NCBI GenBank assembly: GCA_045545375.1
Contig: JAZQAT010000064.1
Location: forward strand, 684-64,683
DNA from: Acetatifactor sp.
Lineage (GTDB): Bacteria; Bacillota; Clostridia; Lachnospirales; Lachnospiraceae
DNA: 64,000 nt
Reading direction: 5' to 3'
Shown: positions 58,408 to 64,000 of the stretch, piece by piece
Layout: every line of letters begins with the position of its first letter
Numbering within the stretch: the stretch's first letter is position 1
Translations under genes and position numbers: made by a program
Notes under the pieces: generated by a model
Seen by the model: only the letters and a program-made list of their open reading frames with translations
What the model was told of the DNA's origin: nothing
Databases searched by the model: none

Positions 58408-59604
58408 TTATCTGTCCATCTTTGCTTTTCTGGCACTTTCGTCAGCTTTCATTTCCTCCACAGCTTCCAGATCCTGTGGTTTCAGTCTTCGGAAACGATT
58501 AATCCCGGCAATCAAAATCAGTACACTGTTCTTGGTGGTATCAAATGCACCTTCTTCATACATGCTATACAAGAGCAGCCCAAGCGGCACTGCCAGAATC
58601 ATTCCAATCACACCACTCAGCTTATAGCCAATGAACAGTAGAAAAAGAGTGGGAATAGGTGCCACCCCTACGGAGTCTCCCACAATCTTAGGCTGGATAA
58701 TCTGTCTCGCCAACTGGCCCACGCCCCAGATGATCAAAAGCCCGATAGCCACCGTATAATCTCCGCTTAATATTTTGATGATTGCCCAAGGCACCATAAC
58801 CGTACCGGTTCCAAAGAACGGCAGCAGATCCAGGATGGCGATTGCAAACGCGATCAAAAGCACATAATCAACTTTCAGGATGCTCAATCCAATCACTAAC
58901 AGCAAATACATCCATACTTCAATCTTAAGCTGCGCTTTAAAATATCCACCTACCGATTTCAGCAGACTGCGCTTTATCATCGAAAACCGCTCCACCAGAA
59001 ATCCGGGTGCATTTCTATGAAACCAGTCATTGATCTGATTTCTCTCTGCAACAAAAAAGTATGATGACAATAGACACATAATGATTCCTATCAGCACCGA
59101 AGGAACTCGTTTGGCGATATTTCCTACAACAGCTATAGTCGGACTGCTGATATGTCCAAAAAGATCTCCTATGTAAGCACCTGCTTCCTCAATGATCACC
59201 GTAAAACTTTCCTGAACATTCAACGGCAGTTTTTCGTAAAACACACTCATACGCTTGCCAATGTCCATAAAGTCTGCTTCCATGCTTTTCCACATAGAAG
59301 GCAGATCATTGATCAGTCCCATAATCTGATCCGACACATTAGAACATATCAGATAAATTACCGTTACTACTAATCCAATTACCACTATAATAACAAACGC
59401 ACTTCCTGCTTTTCGCTTAAACTTCAGCTTCTCCTCAAAAAAACGCACCAGCGGGCTGGCAATCATGGAAATGATCCATCCGATTACAAACGGAAGGAAG
59501 AAAACCAGAAGCCTGGGCAGCAGAAATATCGCTAAAAGCAGCAACACGACTGCAACGGCAATGTTAACCAGAGCTTTACAATACTTCTTCATCGGTGACT
59601 CCAT
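58408..59604 (-). CDS. ytvI: Sporulation integral membrane protein YtvI (AI-2E family)
   Basis: GGYFKAQ, DLLPFFGTG, RQIIQPKIVG; start behind AGGAGG inside engB. Confidence 0.85.
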   Translation of the reverse strand: MESPMKKYCKALVNIAVAVVLLLLAIFLLPRLLVFFLPFVIGWIISMIASPLVRFFEEKLKFKRKAGSAFVIIVVIGLVVTVIYLICSNVSDQIMGLINDLPSMWKSMEADFMDIGKRMSVFYEKLPLNVQESFTVIIEEAGAYIGDLFGHISSPTIAVVGNIAKRVPSVLIGIIMCLLSSYFFVAERNQINDWFHRNAPGFLVERFSMIKRSLLKSVGGYFKAQLKIEVWMYLLLVIGLSILKVDYVLLIAFAIAILDLLPFFGTGTVMVPWAIIKILSGDYTVAIGLLIIWGVGQLARQIIQPKIVGDSVGVAPIPTLFLLFIGYKLSGVIGMILAVPLGLLLYSMYEEGAFDTTKNSVLILIAGINRFRRLKPQDLEAVEEMKADESARKAKMDR

Positions 59605-60202
59605 AATTTCCAGCCTCCTGTTCAATAATGGCATCAATGATGTCATAGATTTCCTCTCTGCCCTGCTTTGTCTCGGCGGAGAAAGGAATGATAACAGTAT
59701 CCGGTTCTACCTGCAGCGTGGTCTTGATCAGCTTCACCTGCTTTTGAATCTGGCTGCGGTTAATCTTATCCAGCTTGGTAGCAATGATAATGGGATGATA
59801 TCCCTGATTGACGATCCAGTCGTACATAATGCGGTCATTCCCGGAGGGCTCATGACGGATATCAATCAACAGGAAAACTGCTTTCAGCTGTTTGGACTTA
59901 TGCAGGTAATCCTCTATCATCTTTCCCCATTTAGCCTTCACTTCCTCACTGGCTCTGGCATAGCCGTACCCCGGCAGATCTACAAAATAGACTGCATCGT
60001 TCACATTGTAATAGTTGATAGTCTGTGTCTTACCCGGCTGGGCACTGGTACGGGCCAGCGCTTTGCGGTTCATCAGCGCATTGATCAATGACGATTTTCC
60101 CACATTACTCTTTCCCGCAAAAGCCACTTCAGGATGCGGTGAATCCGGCAGCTTACTCGTGATACCGCATACCGTTTCCAGACTTACCTGTTTGATAACC
60201 AT
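59576..60202 (-). CDS. engB: Ribosome biogenesis GTPase EngB/YsxC/YihA
   Basis: GKSNVGKSS, PGKT, DLPGYG, TKLDK. Confidence 0.96.
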   Translation of the reverse strand: MVIKQVSLETVCGITSKLPDSPHPEVAFAGKSNVGKSSLINALMNRKALARTSAQPGKTQTINYYNVNDAVYFVDLPGYGYARASEEVKAKWGKMIEDYLHKSKQLKAVFLLIDIRHEPSGNDRIMYDWIVNQGYHPIIIATKLDKINRSQIQKQVKLIKTTLQVEPDTVIIPFSAETKQGREEIYDIIDAIIEQEAGNYGVTDEEVL

Positions 60203-60206
60203 AGGC

Positions 60207-62552
60207 TTACTCCTTTCTGCCCTCCGGCACCTTCACCAGTGCATGTTCCAGCACCTGTGTCATGTTCCCTACAAATACAATATCCATTCCGCCTTTAATT
60301 TCTCTGGATATTTCTTCCACGTCAGGGCGATTCTCTTCCGGCACCAGTACTTTCTTCATGCCGGCAATCTTGGCTGCCAGAAGCTTCTCTTTGAGCCCGC
60401 CGATGGGAAGCACGCGCCCCCTTAAAGTGATTTCTCCCGTCATGGCCACATCCGCACGGACCGGAATCCCTGTCACTGCAGACATCAGCGCCGTAGCCAT
60501 CGTGACACCGGCACTGGGACCATCCTTAGGAACTGCTCCCTCCGGAATATGGATGTGGAAGTCATTCTTACGGAATACATCCTCTTTCACATGGTACTTT
60601 TTACTGATGGAACGTACGTAACTCATACCTATGATGGCAGATTCTTTCATGACATCACCCATCTGGCCTGTCAGATCAATGTCCCCTTTGCCCGGCATCA
60701 CATTGACCTCTATCTGCAAGGTATCGCCGCCCACACTGGTCCAGGCCAATCCTCTGACGATTCCCACTTCATCCGTGAGATTTCGCTTATCAGCCGTAAA
60801 TTTCACATGTCCCAGATATTTCTCCAGGGTTTGACTTGTCACTTTAATGTGGCTATCCGGTTTCTTCAAGATTTCTCTGGCGGCTTTTCTGCAGATTTCT
60901 CCCAGCTTTCTCTCCAGATCTCTGACCCCGGCTTCCCTGGTATAGCCATCTATCAACATACGCAGAGCATTATCACTGATCGAAAGCTGCTCTTTGCTCA
61001 GACCGTTCTTCTTCCACTGCTTGGGAATCAAATGATCCTTTGCAATGTGGAACTTCTCATTGGCCGTATAGCTGGTAACTTCTATGATTTCCATACGGTC
61101 CAGAAGAGGTCTGGGAATGGTGGAAGTGGTATTAGCCGTAGCTATAAAAAGCACCTCGGACAAATCGATAGGGATCTCAATATAGTGATCTCTGAACCGA
61201 CTGTTCTGCTCACTGTCCAGCACCTCCAAAAGTGCCGCAGAGGTATCCCCTTTATAATCACTGCTTACCTTGTCAATTTCATCTAAAAGCATCAGCGGAT
61301 TCTTCACTCCCGCCTGCTTCAATGCTCCGGCAATTCTTCCGGGCATAGCTCCCACATAAGTCTTTCGGTGACCTCGGATTTCCGCTTCATCCCGCACACC
61401 TCCCAGGCTGATGCGCACATATTTCTTATCCAGCGCTTCTGCTACACTTCTGGCAATGGAAGTTTTACCGGTTCCCGGCGGGCCCACCAGACAAATAATA
61501 GGACTGTCCCCCTGTCTGGTCAGACTCCGAACTGCCAGGAATTCCAGGATTCTCTCTTTAACCTGCTCCAAACCGTAATGCTGATCCTCCAGAATCTGTT
61601 CCGCTCTGTCAATGTCCGTATTGTCTTTGGACATCTTATCCCAGGGCATCTCCAGCAGCGTCTCTATGTAGCCCCGTTCAACAGAGGCTTCTCCACTATT
61701 AGGTGCCAGGCTCTTGAAACGGGAGATTTCCTTTCGGATACGTTCTTTCACTTCTTTTTTTGCTTTCAGCCCGGAAAGTGCTTCCTCGAACTGCTCTGCA
61801 TCAGAAAATCCGCCGTCTTCTCCCAGTTCCTGTCTGATATAGTTAAGCTGCTCCCGCAGCAGATATTCTTTCTGATTCTTCTCTACTCTGCCCTTTACCT
61901 TCTCGCTCAGCTCCACTTTCACCCGGGCGATTTCAATTTCATTGGAAAGCACTCCCGCCAGATATTCAAATCGTTCCGTAACCGTGGATAACTCCAACAC
62001 TTTCTGCTTGGAAGAAAAGGAAAGGGGCATACTCATAGTAATCAGGTCTATCAGCTTTTCCAGATGCTTCTGCACCTGGAACTGTTTCTCTATACTGCGT
62101 CCGACTTTGGGATAATATTTGCTATACCCGCCAAACAGCTCAGCCAGCTGCCTGATCATGGCTTCTTCTGTCACATTATCCAGTTCTCCTTCACAGGTAG
62201 GAATCTCCTGTACCTCTGCCAGCAGAAAATCCTCTGACTCCGGAAGAAAACTAAGTAATGTGCCTCTGCCCTGTCCTTCTACCAGCACTCTTACGATTCC
62301 GTTGGGAAGCTTGTTCACCTGCTTCACGACGGCAACAGTCCCCACGTGATACACGTCCTCATAGCCCGGTTCCTCTACATCCGGATCTTTCTGGGTCACC
62401 AGCATCACTTTCTCATCCACCATCATGGCCTGTTCTACCGCCTTGATGGACTTTTGTCTGCTCAAATCAAAATGTATTATCATATCCGGCAGAATAGTAA
62501 GGCCTCTTAAAGCCACTGCCGGTATCTTTTTCGTCATCAATTCATTATCCAT
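60207..62552 (-). CDS. lon: Lon protease
   Basis: GPPGTGKTS, HRKTYVGAMPG, PKDGPSAG, IGGLKEK. Confidence 0.97.
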   Translation of the reverse strand: MDNELMTKKIPAVALRGLTILPDMIIHFDLSRQKSIKAVEQAMMVDEKVMLVTQKDPDVEEPGYEDVYHVGTVAVVKQVNKLPNGIVRVLVEGQGRGTLLSFLPESEDFLLAEVQEIPTCEGELDNVTEEAMIRQLAELFGGYSKYYPKVGRSIEKQFQVQKHLEKLIDLITMSMPLSFSSKQKVLELSTVTERFEYLAGVLSNEIEIARVKVELSEKVKGRVEKNQKEYLLREQLNYIRQELGEDGGFSDAEQFEEALSGLKAKKEVKERIRKEISRFKSLAPNSGEASVERGYIETLLEMPWDKMSKDNTDIDRAEQILEDQHYGLEQVKERILEFLAVRSLTRQGDSPIICLVGPPGTGKTSIARSVAEALDKKYVRISLGGVRDEAEIRGHRKTYVGAMPGRIAGALKQAGVKNPLMLLDEIDKVSSDYKGDTSAALLEVLDSEQNSRFRDHYIEIPIDLSEVLFIATANTTSTIPRPLLDRMEIIEVTSYTANEKFHIAKDHLIPKQWKKNGLSKEQLSISDNALRMLIDGYTREAGVRDLERKLGEICRKAAREILKKPDSHIKVTSQTLEKYLGHVKFTADKRNLTDEVGIVRGLAWTSVGGDTLQIEVNVMPGKGDIDLTGQMGDVMKESAIIGMSYVRSISKKYHVKEDVFRKNDFHIHIPEGAVPKDGPSAGVTMATALMSAVTGIPVRADVAMTGEITLRGRVLPIGGLKEKLLAAKIAGMKKVLVPEENRPDVEEISREIKGGMDIVFVGNMTQVLEHALVKVPEGRKE

Positions 62553-62604
62553 TTAAAGTCTCCGAATTCTTCCGTTCCGCGACATTAGCTCCAGTCCGGA
62601 GGAT

Positions 62605-62674
62605 TTTATTGCCATATAGGACATTCCGCAGTGATTTCTATATGGCAATAAACGCCGCTGGATTCCAGCGGCGT
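62605..62674. terminator. Two adjacent hairpins between clpX and lon
   Basis: tttattgccatatag/ctatatggcaataaa and acgccgctgga/tccagcggcgt. Confidence 0.55.
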
Positions 62675-62681
62675 CTCCTAC

Positions 62682-63947
62682 TTACTTGGCTTTTCTCATC
62701 AATGCTTCCCTGTGAATTGTAAGCGGTTCGCTGGTGCCCTCTACAGCTCCCTTAGTCACTACGCAGGACTCAATCGTCTCATCGGATGGAATCCGATACA
62801 TCAGATCCATCATGGTATTTTCCATAATGGAACGCAGTCCTCTTGCTCCTATCTTACGTTCAAATGCTTTATCTGCTATAGCCAGAATCGCATCTTCATC
62901 AAAGGTCAACGCGACATGATCCATATCAAACAGCTTCTGATACTGTTTGATCAATGCATTCCTTGGCTCCTTCAGAATGCGCACCAGCGCTTCCTTATCA
63001 AGGCCCTGCAAGGATACACAGATAGGCACACGACCTACAAATTCCGGAATCAAACCGAATTTCACCAGGTCCTGAGGGGTTACTTCTGCAAAAAGTTCAC
63101 CCACTTCCTTATTGGTCTTCTGCCCAAGTTCGGTGTTAAATCCGATGGACTTACGGTCCAGTCTGGCCTCAATAATCTTCTCCAGGCCATCGAATGCGCC
63201 GCCGCAAATAAACAGAATATTGGAAGTATCAATCTGTAAAAGCTCCTGATGCGGATGCTTACGTCCGCCCTGAGGAGGTACACTTGCTACTGTTCCCTCT
63301 ACGATTTTCAAAAGCGCCTGCTGCACGCCCTCACCGGATACATCCCGGGTGATGGATACGTTTTCGCTTTTCTTGGTAATCTTATCAATTTCATCAATAT
63401 AGATGATGCCGTACTGGGCTCTCTCTATATCATAATCTGCCGCCTGAATCAGCTTCAGAAGAATGTTCTCTACATCCTCTCCCACATATCCGGCTTCTGT
63501 CAGAGTAGTCGCATCTGCAATGGCAAACGGAACATTGATGATCTTGGCCAGTGTCTGAGCAAGATAAGTCTTACCGGAGCCGGTAGGTCCTACCATAAGG
63601 ATGTTGCTCTTCTGCAGTTCCACGTCATCCAGATCCTTAGGTGCCATTACTCTCTTATAATGATTATACACGGCTACAGACAATACCTTCTTGGCTTCGT
63701 CCTGACCGATAACATAATCATCCAGGAAATTCTTAATCTGAACCGGCTTTAACAGGTTGATCTCCTGTCTGCTGCCGACTTCATATTCCTCATCTTCCAA
63801 CTCTTCTTCCAGAATGTCTGCGCAGATCTCCACGCATTCATCACAGATATAGACGCCGGCAGGTCCCGCAATCAGCTTGCGTGCCTGCTCCTGTGTCTTA
63901 CCACAAAAGGAACATCTGACATCGTTCCCTATTATCCTTCCAGCCAT
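62682..63947 (-). CDS. clpX: ATP-dependent Clp protease ATP-binding subunit ClpX
   Basis: CSFCGK..ICDEC zinc finger, [19 protein letters not shown] loop. Confidence 0.97.
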   Translation of the reverse strand: MAGRIIGNDVRCSFCGKTQEQARKLIAGPAGVYICDECVEICADILEEELEDEEYEVGSRQEINLLKPVQIKNFLDDYVIGQDEAKKVLSVAVYNHYKRVMAPKDLDDVELQKSNILMVGPTGSGKTYLAQTLAKIINVPFAIADATTLTEAGYVGEDVENILLKLIQAADYDIERAQYGIIYIDEIDKITKKSENVSITRDVSGEGVQQALLKIVEGTVASVPPQGGRKHPHQELLQIDTSNILFICGGAFDGLEKIIEARLDRKSIGFNTELGQKTNKEVGELFAEVTPQDLVKFGLIPEFVGRVPICVSLQGLDKEALVRILKEPRNALIKQYQKLFDMDHVALTFDEDAILAIADKAFERKIGARGLRSIMENTMMDLMYRIPSDETIESCVVTKGAVEGTSEPLTIHREALMRKAK

Positions 63948-64000
63948 CCCTCTACTCCTGTCTCAATATCTCAAGCTTTTAGTCCTGTGCTGCATGAGAT

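Noticed and set aside
1-64000. tRNA, rRNA, prophage, IS or defence genes
   Set aside because: None recognised in the ORFs or intergenic regions by inspection

Overview
64 kb of what looks like the chromosome of an anaerobic, probably spore-forming Clostridia bacterium (Lachnospiraceae-like, inferred from gene content and order). Most genes are on the minus strand. It carries housekeeping genes (rho, rarA, malic enzyme, glgP, clpB, clpX-lon-engB-ytvI-truA), two carbohydrate loci (ABC + AraC sensor + GDPD + GH3; sugar isomerase/polyol dehydrogenase/GDPD), an isolated cpsBCD tyrosine-kinase module, a Csp-type protease, a yybP-ykoY Mn riboswitch with mntP, and an ECF sigma/anti-sigma pair. I saw no rRNA, tRNA, CRISPR array, transposase, integrase or phage gene. 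The least explained signals are: (1) a three-copy non-coding element bounded by GTTACAGTTCACA...TGTGAACTGTAAC inverted repeats, whose longest copy is highly structured, follows a promoter and holds an Arg-rich uORF; (2) two apparently non-phosphorylatable signalling proteins (a membrane-anchored EIIA lacking both histidines and an orphan response regulator lacking the conserved Lys and acidic pocket); (3) a Rho with an Asn/Tyr-rich prion-like insertion; (4) small genes missing from the ORF track; (5) a dyad shared by three consecutive intergenic regions. All family calls come from motif recognition by eye. No database searches were run.
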